Below are positions 1 through 10,469 of a stretch of 64,000 nucleotides of DNA, piece by piece. The position numbers were made by a program, and so were the translations under genes. Location: contig JAAVHS010000015.1 in NCBI GenBank assembly GCA_014799575.1, positions 220,382 through 284,381 of the forward strand, in the 5' to 3' direction. This DNA comes from Clostridiales bacterium. Lineage in GTDB: Bacteria > Bacillota > Clostridia > Christensenellales > UBA3700. Position 1 is the first letter of the stretch; each line of letters begins with the position of its first letter. A model generated the notes under the pieces. It saw nothing but the letters and a program-made list of their open reading frames with translations. It had not been told where the DNA came from and did no database searches.

Positions 1-1
1 G

Positions 2-589
2 TACGCTCACGACCACGGCGTAACCGTTGAAGGCGAACTCGGACGTCTCGCAGGCGTTGAGGACGACGTAAAAGTTTCCGCAGAAGACAGTTCCTATACC
101 CGTCCTGAAGAAGTAGAAGAATTCGTAACGAAGACCGGCGTTGACTCGCTTGCTATCGCTATCGGTACTTCACACGGCGCATTCAAATTTAAGCCGGGCA
201 CGAAGCCGCAACTTCGCTTCGACATCCTCGAAGAAGTAAGCAAGAGACTTCCCGAATTCCCAATCGTATTGCACGGCGCTTCTTCCGTACCGCAAGAGTT
301 CGTCAAGATCGTAAACGAGAACGGCGGAAAACTCAACGACGCTATCGGCGTACCTGAAGATATGCTCCGTCAAGCCGCTTCTATGGCAGTATGTAAGATC
401 AACATCGACTCCGACCTCAGAATGGCTTGCACCGCAGGTATCCGTAAGCACTTCGTAGAACATCCGGATCACTTCGACCCAAGACAATACCTTGGCGACG
501 CAAGAGCAAACATCAAGTATATCGTTAAGCATAAACTTGTCAACGTGCTCGGTTGCGCAGGCAAGGCTGACGAAATCCTCGGAAAGTAA
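2..589 (+). CDS. fba: Class II fructose-1,6-bisphosphate aldolase, C-terminal part (5' end lies outside the window)
   Basis: Frame 2 is open from the window edge (YAHDHGVTVEGELGRLAGVEDDV...DSLAIAIGTSHGAFKF...IVLHGASSVP...KINIDSDLRMA) and runs into track ORF 269..589. These are characteristic class II FBA blocks. Confidence 0.9.
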   Translation, partial: YAHDHGVTVEGELGRLAGVEDDVKVSAEDSSYTRPEEVEEFVTKTGVDSLAIAIGTSHGAFKFKPGTKPQLRFDILEEVSKRLPEFPIVLHGASSVPQEFVKIVNENGGKLNDAIGVPEDMLRQAASMAVCKINIDSDLRMACTAGIRKHFVEHPDHFDPRQYLGDARANIKYIVKHKLVNVLGCAGKADEILGK

Positions 590-616
590 TCTACTTTAAG
601 ATTTGCAAAGTACAAA

Positions 617-644
617 TACCCTCGCAATCGCGAGGGTATTTTCT
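617..644 (+). terminator. Rho-independent terminator after fba
   Basis: Perfect 9-bp stem TACCCTCGC/GCGAGGGTA with loop AATC, followed by TTTTCT. Confidence 0.75.
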
Positions 645-664
645 ATTTATGATATCTATTGATA

Positions 665-1336
665 TTATTTCTTTTTGGCGAGCAAATAACTTTTATCAAG
701 CAAATCGCATATCTCTTCAATTGGCACTGACCCGTCAAGACAAATAGTAATCCAACTTTTTTTGTTCATATGATAAGCAGAAAAATACCTCTTTCCGTCA
801 ATAAGCGTTGGAAGAATATTAGGGTCTATGCGTAAATCTATAATATCTATTTTCTCGTCGGAATCCAAGCCTAATTTCCTTTTGGAAAGCACGAGTAATG
901 CGCCGTACCATTTGTTGTTGTCTTTTCTGCGCCACACTGCATTCGTCGGAAAAGTCTTCCACAAATACTCCAACTCATCGCCGTATTTGTTGCGGACGTA
1001 TTCGATGACTTTGTGCGCGTAATCGCTCTTGAACACGTCTTTTTCAAAACACTTCTCGGATATCTCCGTTAAAACGCGCTCATATTCCTCGCGCACTGCG
1101 CCTACGAAAGCGCCGCAAGCGTCCGCTACCAAATGTAAAATATACGGCTCGCTAGTGCTTAAATCAGTGACAAGCGTCTTGACCTCTCCGTCCTTTGAAG
1201 AGATATCCACGCACATTTCAAATTGCCCGTCCAAAATCTTCGTAACGTATGAATAAATTCCCTCGTTGAGAGAAAAACCGAATTTAACAAGCTTATCAAA
1301 ATTAGGCGATTTATAATCGAAAACGCTGCTATTCAT
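665..1336 (-). CDS. MmcQ/YjbR family DNA-binding protein (two-domain form)
   Basis: ATG start, 223 aa. The C-terminal half (WRRKDNNKWYGALLV...YHMNKKSWITICLDG) resembles the YjbR/MmcQ signature. Confidence 0.65.
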   Translation of the reverse strand: MNSSVFDYKSPNFDKLVKFGFSLNEGIYSYVTKILDGQFEMCVDISSKDGEVKTLVTDLSTSEPYILHLVADACGAFVGAVREEYERVLTEISEKCFEKDVFKSDYAHKVIEYVRNKYGDELEYLWKTFPTNAVWRRKDNNKWYGALLVLSKRKLGLDSDEKIDIIDLRIDPNILPTLIDGKRYFSAYHMNKKSWITICLDGSVPIEEICDLLDKSYLLAKKK

Positions 1337-1346
1337 TTGTTAAAAT

Positions 1347-1955
1347 TTAAACCTCAAAATTTATTTTTTTATCCTTAAAATAATACTCTCTGTCACGTTC
1401 GTTTATCTTACGCAATACTCTGCAAGGATTTCCCACTGCCACTACGTCGTCGGGCAAGTCTTTTGTCACAACGCTGCCCGCGCCGATTACTACGTTGTCG
1501 CCGATTGTAATCCCCGGCACTATTATGACCCCTGCTCCAAGCCAACAGTTTTTCCCAATATGTACAGAGGCATTATATTGATAGCCTTTTTCACGGAGAG
1601 CGGGCAATATCGGATGACCTGCCGTCGCAACTACCACGTTGGGACCGAACATCGTATTATCGCCTACGTAAATATGCGTATCGTCTACAAGAGTAAGCCC
1701 AAAGTTGGCGTAAACGTGATTTCCAAAATGGACGTGATGACCTCCCCAATTCGAGTGTAGCGGAGGCTCGATATAACAATCCTCGCCAATCTCCGCAAAC
1801 ATATCTTTCAAAAGCATTTTTCTCTTTTCTTGTTCAAGCGGACGGGTTGCGTTGAAATCGTAAAGTTTTTCTAAACAAAGCAACTGCTCTGCCATTATGC
1901 TTTCATCATCAGGCAGATATAATTCATTAGAATGCAATTTATCTCTCATACTCAT
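1347..1955 (-). CDS. Sugar O-acetyltransferase (maltose/galactoside acetyltransferase family, hexapeptide-repeat beta-helix)
   Basis: Hexapeptide repeats (IGKNCWLGAGVIIVPGITIGDNVVIGAGSVV), a GNPCRV tail and an N-terminal Mac-like region. ATGA overlap with the upstream ORF. Confidence 0.85.
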   Translation of the reverse strand: MSMRDKLHSNELYLPDDESIMAEQLLCLEKLYDFNATRPLEQEKRKMLLKDMFAEIGEDCYIEPPLHSNWGGHHVHFGNHVYANFGLTLVDDTHIYVGDNTMFGPNVVVATAGHPILPALREKGYQYNASVHIGKNCWLGAGVIIVPGITIGDNVVIGAGSVVTKDLPDDVVAVGNPCRVLRKINERDREYYFKDKKINFEV

Positions 1956-2422
1956 ATTGCATCTTGCTCCATATCAATATCTTTACTCAGTTTCTTTTGT
2001 TTAACCGACAAACACAAATTGACGATAAGCAATATCATTTGTATTAAGAAAAATACCATTATAAAAATATTTTGAAGCGTAACGTACTGCCTCATCAACA
2101 TAATTAAAATAATGCTTCCTAAAAGACATATAGACGTCGTAACCAAAGTCGTTATCTTTAATTTATTTCTATCGTCTAATAAAGTCACTGCATTTATGAT
2201 AATATTGGTTATTGTCAATAAAACGATAATCAAAGTCAAAAATCCGATTCCCCACAACATCAACCCCGGATCCATTATATATGAAGTAAGATATACTGTA
2301 TTCGCGCTATCAGGACCGTTACTCCAAACCCATTTTACGCTTTCCGGCATAATTTCAAAAATGAAAATGATACAAGAGAATATTAAGTTTACCAAGTTGT
2401 TAATCTTAATCTTTTTTTCCAT
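1952..2422 (-). CDS. Small polytopic membrane protein, unknown function
   Basis: 156 aa with about 4 hydrophobic helices. ATG start. Its stop overlaps the acetyltransferase start (ATGA), suggesting co-translation. Confidence 0.45.
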   Translation of the reverse strand: MEKKIKINNLVNLIFSCIIFIFEIMPESVKWVWSNGPDSANTVYLTSYIMDPGLMLWGIGFLTLIIVLLTITNIIINAVTLLDDRNKLKITTLVTTSICLLGSIILIMLMRQYVTLQNIFIMVFFLIQMILLIVNLCLSVKQKKLSKDIDMEQDAI

Positions 2423-2525
2423 AGGTTCCTCTACTAAATTACGTTTTGATTTGATTTTCTCTACTTAGTTTTATATTACCATAGTTTTTGGTTATTTGCA
2501 ATACGGAAAGTTAAATTTTTCTTTT

Positions 2526-3005
2526 CTAAATACATATCCCGTGCAATACGCTACCCAACAAAACGTGGCGAAGGACGATTTCTTGCATTTGCGCGCTTTT
2601 GTCGTATACGCCTAATTCGGATAGAATCATACTCATCTCTATATGAAGTCCCAAGAGTTTGTACATAGACTGCTTTATCGGCATACGCTCGGCGGCGACG
2701 AAAATCTCTTGCGTAATGTTGCCCGTATTTGCTATGCAAATACGATTCTTGGAAATCTCTCCCAAAATAAAGTCAAAAACTCTTTGATTGCGGGATAAAA
2801 ATACTCTGTCGAGCGAAGATACTATCTTTGCAAAAGTGTACGAGCATTTGCAAAAGCGCAGGCAAGCGTCCGTCATATACACGGGCAAAGGATAGGAAAA
2901 CGAGCGCGTTTGAGCGGTCTTTTTCTCGACGCCCCGTTCCTTAAATTCTCTGTTCATTTGCTCAATTTGCTCGTCGCTTGCGATGATTTCAAACTCTTCT
3001 TGCAT
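2526..3005 (-). CDS. Hypothetical protein
   Basis: 159-aa ORF with an ATG start and no overlapping better ORF. No family recognised. Confidence 0.4.
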   Translation of the reverse strand: MQEEFEIIASDEQIEQMNREFKERGVEKKTAQTRSFSYPLPVYMTDACLRFCKCSYTFAKIVSSLDRVFLSRNQRVFDFILGEISKNRICIANTGNITQEIFVAAERMPIKQSMYKLLGLHIEMSMILSELGVYDKSAQMQEIVLRHVLLGSVLHGICI

Positions 3006-3142
3006 AATATTCCCCTCGTTTTGGCGTTATTTATATTAAAATATTTATAAACTGTCCGAATTATGACACACTTGACGCAAATTCTTATAGAATTTTATTC
3101 GTCTAGTTGCAATTTGAGAAGATATTGATTATAATTATCTAT

Positions 3143-4804
3143 ATGGAAACCAATTTGATGTCGCCCATCAAGTTATGGGCAAATTACGATGCCGATGCGG
3201 TGAAACTAAGACCAAATTTCATAAAGTACGATACTTCGAGTAACGGAGTTGTGGATTTTGAAGTCTATTTGAGTTGCGAGGGGGAAGATAAAAAGTCAAC
3301 TCTAACCTACTGCTATGGCAAAATTCCAAAAGAAAATTTCAAAAATGCTACTTTGATTTATATTAGAGGTTACAATTCCGATTTAACTGAAGACATATTT
3401 GACGCTTACATACCTAAGGGTTACGCAGTCGTATGTTTCGACTATATAGGAAAGACGGATGAGAAATCAAAGTATACCATCTACCCCGACTCGCTCAAAT
3501 ACGCCAATCTTGCATTCAGCGCTAGGCATTTGGACGGATTTGTAAAGTCGCCGAAAGACTCTTGCGTATTTATTTGGAGCAAGATGTGCAGAAACGTAAT
3601 AACGTTCATTAAAAAACTTTTGGGCGAAGACAATAAGATATATTTACGCGCTTCGCTCGAAGGCGGCAATATCTTATGGCAAGTTGCCGGTATGGACAGA
3701 CGCGTTGAAGGCATAATCGTTGCCAATAATGCAGGTTGGGAAGAAAGCAGAGGGTTATTCAGATTTTCCGAAAGCCCTGACGAATTCAACTTTTCGGAAG
3801 AAAGAATAAAGTGGATGAGCGCATGCTCTCCGCAGTCATACGCGAAATACGTCACCTGTCCTGTGCTCCTTATTTCGGGTACAAACTCTTCGATTACGAG
3901 TATTGACAGAGTGGAAAAGACTTTTGCGCTTACCAACAACAACGGCGACAACCTAGCTTGTTTCTGCTCCAACCTTACGAACACGATGAACTTGAACGCA
4001 AAGACTGCAATCATGACGTGGCTCGACAAGGTATATTACGGAGAACATAGACCCAAAGCGCCGAGCGTATCGTTTGAAGTCGTCGATAGCAAACTTTGCG
4101 TAAAGATGGAATACGACGACTCTTTGGAAGTAGATAGATTATCTATATACTACTGCTACAACGAGTCTAACAGCGAACTTAGACATTGGAACAAAGATGT
4201 GCTTTCGTCGGCAAATCCTATCGCTCAAATACCTATTCGCAACGGCGACACGCAAGTTTTTGCATACGCGTCAATATTTTATAAGGACGGACAATGCTAT
4301 TCTTCTCTCCCGATAATGTATAAACTTGACGACAACGACGAAATTGAAAGGACTCCGTTGAAATCTTCGCATATCGTGTATGAACGCAAAAACGGACTTG
4401 ATACTTGGGTCGTCGACAGTAATATCGGAGAATATTTCGTGCCGGAATTAAAAGCAGGAGCGTTCGATATTATCGGCGTAACGTCGAAAAAAGGAAATCT
4501 TTCCACTTACAAAATAAGCGACAAAAAGTACGAGCATAGCGAAAACAGCATCTTACAATTCGACTGCTATTCATCTGAAAGCAGGTCGTTGATTGTGGAA
4601 ATGTGCGTGGAAGTAGAGTTGTTCCAATACGAATATTACAGCGTCGAAGTTCAACTCAACGGAGAGGAATGGCAAAAGATTGCCCTATCGCACAACGATT
4701 TTAAGACAAAAGAGTTGATACCTCTCAAAGACTGGAAAAAAGTCAAGAAACTGTCTTTCTTAAATATCGACGACGCTTTGATAAGCAATATTATTTGGGT
4801 ATAA
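3143..4804 (+). CDS. Hypothetical protein (~553 aa); the N-terminal half is possibly alpha/beta-hydrolase-like
   Basis: Long clean ORF. The track start is TTG at 3107; the first ATG is at 3143 (an alternative is 3158). I could not verify a catalytic GxSxG motif. Confidence 0.55.
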   Translation: METNLMSPIKLWANYDADAVKLRPNFIKYDTSSNGVVDFEVYLSCEGEDKKSTLTYCYGKIPKENFKNATLIYIRGYNSDLTEDIFDAYIPKGYAVVCFDYIGKTDEKSKYTIYPDSLKYANLAFSARHLDGFVKSPKDSCVFIWSKMCRNVITFIKKLLGEDNKIYLRASLEGGNILWQVAGMDRRVEGIIVANNAGWEESRGLFRFSESPDEFNFSEERIKWMSACSPQSYAKYVTCPVLLISGTNSSITSIDRVEKTFALTNNNGDNLACFCSNLTNTMNLNAKTAIMTWLDKVYYGEHRPKAPSVSFEVVDSKLCVKMEYDDSLEVDRLSIYYCYNESNSELRHWNKDVLSSANPIAQIPIRNGDTQVFAYASIFYKDGQCYSSLPIMYKLDDNDEIERTPLKSSHIVYERKNGLDTWVVDSNIGEYFVPELKAGAFDIIGVTSKKGNLSTYKISDKKYEHSENSILQFDCYSSESRSLIVEMCVEVELFQYEYYSVEVQLNGEEWQKIALSHNDFKTKELIPLKDWKKVKKLSFLNIDDALISNIIWV

Positions 4805-4808
4805 AGGC

Positions 4809-5000
4809 GTGTTGAAATTAAGCGATTTGAAAGTCGGCGATATTATCGTCACCAAAAAGAATCACCCCTGCGGAAGCAATCAATGGACAATATTGCGTAC
4901 GGGCGCTGATTTCAAACTTCAATGCAACGGTTGCTCGCATACCGTTGTTTTGGCAAGCGAAAGCGTAAAAAAATCAATTAAGTCGGTAATTGCCGAATAG
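4809..5000 (+). CDS. DUF951 family small protein
   Basis: 63 aa, VGDIIVTKKNHPCGSNQWTILRTGADFKLQCNGC, a typical DUF951 pattern with a CxxC-type pair. GTG start after AAAGG. Confidence 0.7.
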   Translation: MLKLSDLKVGDIIVTKKNHPCGSNQWTILRTGADFKLQCNGCSHTVVLASESVKKSIKSVIAE

Positions 5001-5016
5001 TCGGCGTCGGAGAGTT

Positions 5017-5604
5017 ATGCAAAAAGACGGCGTAGATATACAAGAAAATTACACATATATCAGCGATGAGAAAAAGTCAAGGAAATTGAACGCGCTCAAC
5101 GTTCTTTTATCTGTTGTAATCATACTTCTTATCGTTGCGCTTATCGTCTTTACGACCACGTTCACTTCTTTCAAAGTAATCGGCGAAAGTATGCTCCCCA
5201 ACGTCAAGGAAGGCGACAGGCTCGTCTTGCAAAAACGCGGATATACTCTCGAATACGGCGATATCGTCGTGTTCAACCGACAAGAAGACTCCGAAGCGGC
5301 TGTAAAGCGAATACTAGGCAAAGCCGGCGATACTATAGCCTTTGACAAACAAGCCTGCAAATGGGTAAGGAACGGCGAATACGTCGAAGAAAATTACTAT
5401 GAAGACGAATGCGAGTACAACGAGGTGTATTTCTCCTCAATGCTTTGGGAACTGCAAGGCGAAGGGATAACGATTCCCGAAGGACATTTGTTCGTACTCG
5501 GCGACAACAGAAATATCATAGGCGGATATTCTTACGACAGTCACCACTACGGTCCTCTCCCCGAGTCTTCGGTAATAGGCAAAGTAATTTACATTATGGA
5601 TTAA
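5017..5604 (+). CDS. lepB: Signal peptidase I (S26)
   Basis: N-terminal TM helix, catalytic Ser box GESMLP, VKRILGKAGD (Lys box) and a GDNRN box. ATG at 5017 follows GGAGAG; the track start at 4990 is TTG. Confidence 0.85.
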   Translation: MQKDGVDIQENYTYISDEKKSRKLNALNVLLSVVIILLIVALIVFTTTFTSFKVIGESMLPNVKEGDRLVLQKRGYTLEYGDIVVFNRQEDSEAAVKRILGKAGDTIAFDKQACKWVRNGEYVEENYYEDECEYNEVYFSSMLWELQGEGITIPEGHLFVLGDNRNIIGGYSYDSHHYGPLPESSVIGKVIYIMD

Positions 5605-5624
5605 CATTCTAAGGAGCAAAATAT

Positions 5625-5915
5625 ATGAAAGCAATAGTTTCCGTTGTAGGTAAAGATAAGAAAGGAATTATCGCCAAAGTGTCCACGTGTCTTTTCGAGA
5701 TGAGTATCAATATCGAAAACATCTCGCAGACGATTATGCAAGATTATTTCACAATGATTATGGCTGTAGATACGAGCGAGTGCAAGTTGAGCTTTGACGG
5801 CGTCAAGCAGGAACTAAATTCCCTTGCCGAGAAAATGGGCTTGGAAATCCACATTCAACTTCAAAGTATCTTCGACAGTATGCACCAAATAGATACGACG
5901 AAAAAGGGGCTTTGA
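5625..5915 (+). CDS. ACT domain protein (UPF0237 family)
   Basis: [20 protein letters not shown]..., an ACT fold signature. AAGGAG SD. Always paired with the UPF0210 gene that follows. Confidence 0.8.
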   Translation: MKAIVSVVGKDKKGIIAKVSTCLFEMSINIENISQTIMQDYFTMIMAVDTSECKLSFDGVKQELNSLAEKMGLEIHIQLQSIFDSMHQIDTTKKGL

Positions 5916-5916
5916 T

Positions 5917-7266
5917 ATGTATTCAAGCAATGAGATTATCGAAACGATAAATATGATTTCCCAACAGCACCTCGACGTGAGAACTATCACGCTGGGCATT
6001 TCCCTATTCGATTGCATTACGGATAGCAAACAGCGCACTTGCGACAAGATATACGACAAGATTATGTCTAAGGCGAGCAACCTCGTCAAGATAGGCAACG
6101 ATATTTCCGACGAACTCGGCGTGCCTATCGTCAACAAGCGAATTTCCGTCACCCCGATAAGCCTTATTTCGGCTGCAAGCAAAGGACATATGGAAATTAT
6201 CCGCACTTTGGACAAGATTGCCGACGAAACGGGTATTGACTTTTTGGGCGGCTACTCCGCTCTCGTACACAAAGCAATGACGCCGTATGAGAAAGAATTC
6301 TTGCTTTCCATTCCCGAAGCGCTTTCTACTACGAATAAAATATGTTCGTCCGTCAACGTGGCTACTTCAAAAGCGGGCATAAATATGGACGCCGTCGCTC
6401 TTATGGGTAAGATAGTCAAGGACTGCGCGTATAGGACGAAAGACAAAGACTCTTTGGCGTGCGCTAAACTCGTCGTATTCGCCAACGCAGTTGAGGACAA
6501 CCCATTTATGGCAGGCGCGTTCCTCGGCGCAGGCGAGGACGACACGGTCGTCAACGTAGGCGTATCGGGCCCGGGCGTGGTAAAGACCGCTCTTGAAAAG
6601 GTAAGCGGAGATTTGACAGATGTCGCGGAATGTATTAAACAAACGGCTTTCAAAATCACGCGCGTGGGTCAACTCGTCGCAAAGGAAGCGAGCAAAAGAC
6701 TTAACGCAAGTTTCGGCATAGTAGATTTATCTCTCGCGCCCACCCCTGTCGTAGGCGATTCGGTGGCGCATATACTCGAAGAAATCGGTCTTGAAAGCGT
6801 GGGAGCATACGGCACGACTGCTTGCCTTGCAATGCTCAACGACGCGGTAAAGAAAGGCGGTATTATGGCTTGCTCCAACGTGGGCGGTCTATCGGGCGCG
6901 TTCATCCCCGTATCCGAAGACGCAGGTATGATTAAGGCTACTGAAATCGGCGCGCTCAATCTCGAAAAACTCGAAGCGATGACGGCCGTCTGCTCCGTCG
7001 GTCTTGATATGATTGCAATTCCCGGCGATACGACTGCCGAAGTAATATCGGGTATTATCGCCGACGAAATCGCTATAGGCGTTGTAAACACCAAAACGAC
7101 CGCGGTAAGAGTAATTCCCGTCTACGGCAAAAAAGCGGGCGAATACGCCGAATTCGGCGGTCTGCTCGGTCGCGCGCCTATAATGAATATCAACAAATAC
7201 TCCCCCGCAAAATTCATCAATCGCGGAGGACGAATTCCCGCGCCGTTGCATAGCAATAAAAACTGA
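5917..7266 (+). CDS. UPF0210/DUF711 (PFL-family) protein
   Basis: 449 aa. Conserved pairing with the UPF0237 ACT protein. Length and sequence pattern are typical ([10 protein letters not shown]..., [12 protein letters not shown]). Confidence 0.8.
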   Translation: MYSSNEIIETINMISQQHLDVRTITLGISLFDCITDSKQRTCDKIYDKIMSKASNLVKIGNDISDELGVPIVNKRISVTPISLISAASKGHMEIIRTLDKIADETGIDFLGGYSALVHKAMTPYEKEFLLSIPEALSTTNKICSSVNVATSKAGINMDAVALMGKIVKDCAYRTKDKDSLACAKLVVFANAVEDNPFMAGAFLGAGEDDTVVNVGVSGPGVVKTALEKVSGDLTDVAECIKQTAFKITRVGQLVAKEASKRLNASFGIVDLSLAPTPVVGDSVAHILEEIGLESVGAYGTTACLAMLNDAVKKGGIMACSNVGGLSGAFIPVSEDAGMIKATEIGALNLEKLEAMTAVCSVGLDMIAIPGDTTAEVISGIIADEIAIGVVNTKTTAVRVIPVYGKKAGEYAEFGGLLGRAPIMNINKYSPAKFINRGGRIPAPLHSNKN

Positions 7267-7275
7267 TTTTAGAGT

Positions 7276-7995
7276 ATGAATATAGAAGGTAAAAATCCCG
7301 TCAAGGAAGCACTTGACTCCGACAAGAAGATTTCAAAGATATACGTTTCAAAGACTGCTCACGACTTGCAGCCTATCATTGACGGCGCAAAGGCGAAAGG
7401 CATACGCATTGACTTTGTGGATAAATTTTATCTTGACAAGATAAGCGAGAGCAAAAGACATCAAGGCGTAATAGCTATATCAGAAGACTTCAAATATTCA
7501 AGCGTGGAAGAAATCGTGGCTTTTGCAAAGAGCAAAAACCAACCGCTTTTTATGATTATTCTCGACGGAATCGAAGACCCCCACAATTTAGGAAGTATAC
7601 TCCGCGCAGCCGAATGTATGGGCGCGCACGGCGTCGTCATACCTTCGAGAAGAAGCGCGGTAGTCAACGCAACCGTATTGCGTACCTCGGCAGGATCTGC
7701 AAATCATATCAAAGTTGCAATTGTGGGCAATATCAACGACACGATACGCTATTTGACTGACAATTTCGTCAACGTGTACTCCGCCGATATGCAAGGCGCG
7801 CCTATCGAAAAATCTCGCTTAGATAGCGACTTGGCTATAGTAATCGGCAACGAAGGCAACGGCGTAAAAGCCTTGACGAAGAAACTGTGTAGCGGCGTTA
7901 TTTCCATACCTCAATACGGCAAGGTCAACTCTCTCAACGCTTCGGTAGCGTGCGGAATAATTTGTTACGAAGTCACTAGACAACGCAATTTGTAA
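7276..7995 (+). CDS. rlmB: TrmH-family 23S rRNA (guanosine-2'-O)-methyltransferase, RlmB-like
   Basis: SpoU substrate-binding N-domain plus SPOUT motifs (DGIEDPHNLGSILRAAE, VIGNEGNGV, SLNASVACGI). Confidence 0.8.
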   Translation: MNIEGKNPVKEALDSDKKISKIYVSKTAHDLQPIIDGAKAKGIRIDFVDKFYLDKISESKRHQGVIAISEDFKYSSVEEIVAFAKSKNQPLFMIILDGIEDPHNLGSILRAAECMGAHGVVIPSRRSAVVNATVLRTSAGSANHIKVAIVGNINDTIRYLTDNFVNVYSADMQGAPIEKSRLDSDLAIVIGNEGNGVKALTKKLCSGVISIPQYGKVNSLNASVACGIICYEVTRQRNL

Positions 7996-7996
7996 A

Positions 7997-8677
7997 ATGG
8001 TCAAAAAAATATTTGGAAAATGGAATATTGCGGAGTCGATTTTCTACGTATTCGGACTTGCGCTGATAATAACTATGTCGATTGTCTTTAAGGCGTCGTG
8101 GATATCTGCCATCGCAGGCATATTCGGTCTGTCTTGCGTGTTATTCGCCGCAAAAGGAAAGGTAATTTGCGTATTTCTCACTTGGGGTATGATTGTCTTT
8201 TACAGCCTGCTCTCCTATCAAAACAAATATTATGGCGAAGTCTTTATCAACTTGTGCCTTATGTTCCCAATGACGGTAATTCAACTCGTGGCTTGGATAA
8301 GAAACCTCGGTAAAGATCATGTCGTAAAAGTCAATTCTATCACAAAAAAAGAAGTGTTTATAGTCGTTCTTGTTGCTTGCGTCGCTTTCGTAGCGTTCTA
8401 TTTTATACTGCGCGCGCTGAATACTTCTCAACTTATTATAAGCACTATTTCAATAGTGACGAGCGTACTTGCGACTTACTTCCAATCAAGGCGCAGTAAA
8501 TACGGTTTCCTCGCGTTTTTGTTCAACGACGTCGTATTGTGCGTACTTTGGCTTTTCGCCACTCTCGAAGATACTGCAAACGTCGCAATGCTCACGGCGG
8601 TTGCTTTGTACGTCGTAAGCGATATTTACGGTTTTATAAGTTGGGGCGTTTTGCAAAAACGGCAACAGAAAGAATAA
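7997..8677 (+). CDS. pnuC: Nicotinamide riboside transporter PnuC-like membrane protein
   Basis: 226 aa, about 7 TM helices, with W-x-x-N-like motifs in the repeated halves (VAWIRN, LFNDVV). Assignment by resemblance only. Confidence 0.55.
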   Translation: MVKKIFGKWNIAESIFYVFGLALIITMSIVFKASWISAIAGIFGLSCVLFAAKGKVICVFLTWGMIVFYSLLSYQNKYYGEVFINLCLMFPMTVIQLVAWIRNLGKDHVVKVNSITKKEVFIVVLVACVAFVAFYFILRALNTSQLIISTISIVTSVLATYFQSRRSKYGFLAFLFNDVVLCVLWLFATLEDTANVAMLTAVALYVVSDIYGFISWGVLQKRQQKE

Positions 8678-9232
8678 TTATTTCAAATGCGACTTGATTT
8701 TTCGTCTAATCTTTTGCAACGTATTGTCGACGTGCTTTGAATTCTTGTTGATTTTTTCGGCAATCTCGGCGTACGACTTGCCGTCGTAATACATATCGAG
8801 TACTCTTCTCTCGCTTTCGCTCAAAGACGTGTCGATTATGCTCTTCAATCTATCCGCCTCTTCGGCGTTTATGGCGATTTCCTCGGGCGTCAAATATCCG
8901 CTGTCCGTTTCTTCTACCGAACTTATCGGAAGACTTTCTGCAAGCGCTCTGTTTTTAAGACGGTTGCCGCTTCTCAGACAATCCAAAATCCTGTTTTTTA
9001 CGCACTCGTTGGCGTAGGTGGAAAAACTCACGTTTGCGTCGAGATTATATGTCACTATCGCGTTGTAAAGCGCAATCATTCCCTCTTGAACGACGTCGTC
9101 CCTATCCGCGCCTTTGATATAGAAAGCTCTGGCGATTTTATTGACAACGCCTTTGTAGTTTTCCATAAGTATTTCCACCGCGCGCTTATCGCCTTCGCGG
9201 AATTGTTTTATCAAAGTGATATCGTCTTGCAT
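8678..9232 (-). CDS. Sigma-70 family RNA polymerase sigma factor, SigH-like
   Basis: Region 2 (GADRDDVVQEGMIALYNAI...SFSTYANECVKNRI) and a region 4 HTH (SYAEIAEKINKNSKHVDNTLQKIRRK). Start overlaps the thyX stop (TAATG). Confidence 0.8.
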   Translation of the reverse strand: MQDDITLIKQFREGDKRAVEILMENYKGVVNKIARAFYIKGADRDDVVQEGMIALYNAIVTYNLDANVSFSTYANECVKNRILDCLRSGNRLKNRALAESLPISSVEETDSGYLTPEEIAINAEEADRLKSIIDTSLSESERRVLDMYYDGKSYAEIAEKINKNSKHVDNTLQKIRRKIKSHLK

Positions 9233-9981
9233 TAACGGGTGTTTTTCTCGATAAATTCTTTATGTTTTGCTCTTACTTCGAGCGTTTTACCGCAACACAT
9301 CTTGCCTTCCGTGCAAGGACCTGCGACGCACGACGGACCGCAGTTGCCGAAAATACTCGGCGCAACTTCGAGTACGAGCGCAAGCATTTGCCACGCTACT
9401 TCTCTTATCTCCCACTGCGCTCTGTTGCAACATCTGAGGTTGAAAAAGTTCATAAGCGACCTTGCGTTCATCGTGACGACCATTTTGGTCTCAGCGGCGT
9501 TGGGAAGCACGAATCTTGCGTCCTCGTTGGACTTTTCGCAAGCTCCGCCGAGCAACGTCTGCCACTCGGTATACCACTCGTGCATTTGCGCCATTTGCGA
9601 CTCAAACTTCTTGACTTGCTCTTCGCCCAAAGCCTCGATAGCCTCCGGTATAACGTAATTGAAAGTGTCGTCGCCTTTGTTGGCAGCGACGTATCTTTGC
9701 GACTTAACGCTGAAAGACGCTATTCTATGTCTTGTAATTTGCGCAAGCAAACTTCTCGACACGCCCTCAATACCGAACGTGAAACTTGCGTGTTCAAACG
9801 GCGAAGCGTGACCGAAAGACCTCAATCTCTCGATAAACTTGTTTATATCGCTCTTGTCCAAACCCTCTTGCAAATTTTCGATTGTCGCGTCGCTATAACA
9901 CAACTTTGCCGCCAACGCAACCGTCCTCTCGGGATTTGGCGTATGTTCAAGCAAAGTTACTTTTGGCTTAACCTGTGGCAT
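9232..9981 (-). CDS. thyX: FAD-dependent thymidylate synthase
   Basis: ThyX motif RHRIASFSVKSQRY. 249 aa. Confidence 0.9.
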   Translation of the reverse strand: MPQVKPKVTLLEHTPNPERTVALAAKLCYSDATIENLQEGLDKSDINKFIERLRSFGHASPFEHASFTFGIEGVSRSLLAQITRHRIASFSVKSQRYVAANKGDDTFNYVIPEAIEALGEEQVKKFESQMAQMHEWYTEWQTLLGGACEKSNEDARFVLPNAAETKMVVTMNARSLMNFFNLRCCNRAQWEIREVAWQMLALVLEVAPSIFGNCGPSCVAGPCTEGKMCCGKTLEVRAKHKEFIEKNTR

Positions 9982-10045
9982 ATTTTCCTCCGCTGAATAA
10001 TAAAGATTTCGTAATTATAATTTTAACGGCATTGAGCAAGATTTG

Positions 10046-10456
10046 TCAATCTTTTGCTATTGCCTCGCTCAAAAGATATTCCAGCCTTTCGTTTTGACCC
10101 GTCAAATATAAATAACCTATCACCGCTTCAAAGCCGGTGGCAGTCTTGTAGTCGGCGACGCTCGCGTTCTTCGCCATAGAATGTTGATGGCTATTGCGCG
10201 CCCTCAAAAATATTCCCTCTTCCTCTTCGGTTAAAAGATCTTTGATATTGTTGAGACTTTGCGCTTGCGCGCTCGCTTTGACTTGCTCGGTGACGAGCCT
10301 ATGCAGTTTGTCCGCCTTACCGCTTGTCGCTCTCATCTCTTTGGTACGGACGTACAAAGTGTGCACGCCGTCCCCAATATAGGCAAGCACGAGAGGATTT
10401 AACTCTCGCGCCTGTTTTTCACTTATACAATCCGTAAGTATCGGAATATTTATCAT
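10046..10456 (-). CDS. mrnC: Mini-ribonuclease 3
   Basis: AYIGDGVHTLYVR RNase III-like signature. 136 aa. GAGGT SD. Confidence 0.85.
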   Translation of the reverse strand: MINIPILTDCISEKQARELNPLVLAYIGDGVHTLYVRTKEMRATSGKADKLHRLVTEQVKASAQAQSLNNIKDLLTEEEEGIFLRARNSHQHSMAKNASVADYKTATGFEAVIGYLYLTGQNERLEYLLSEAIAKD

Positions 10457-10469
10457 CTTGACCTCGAAA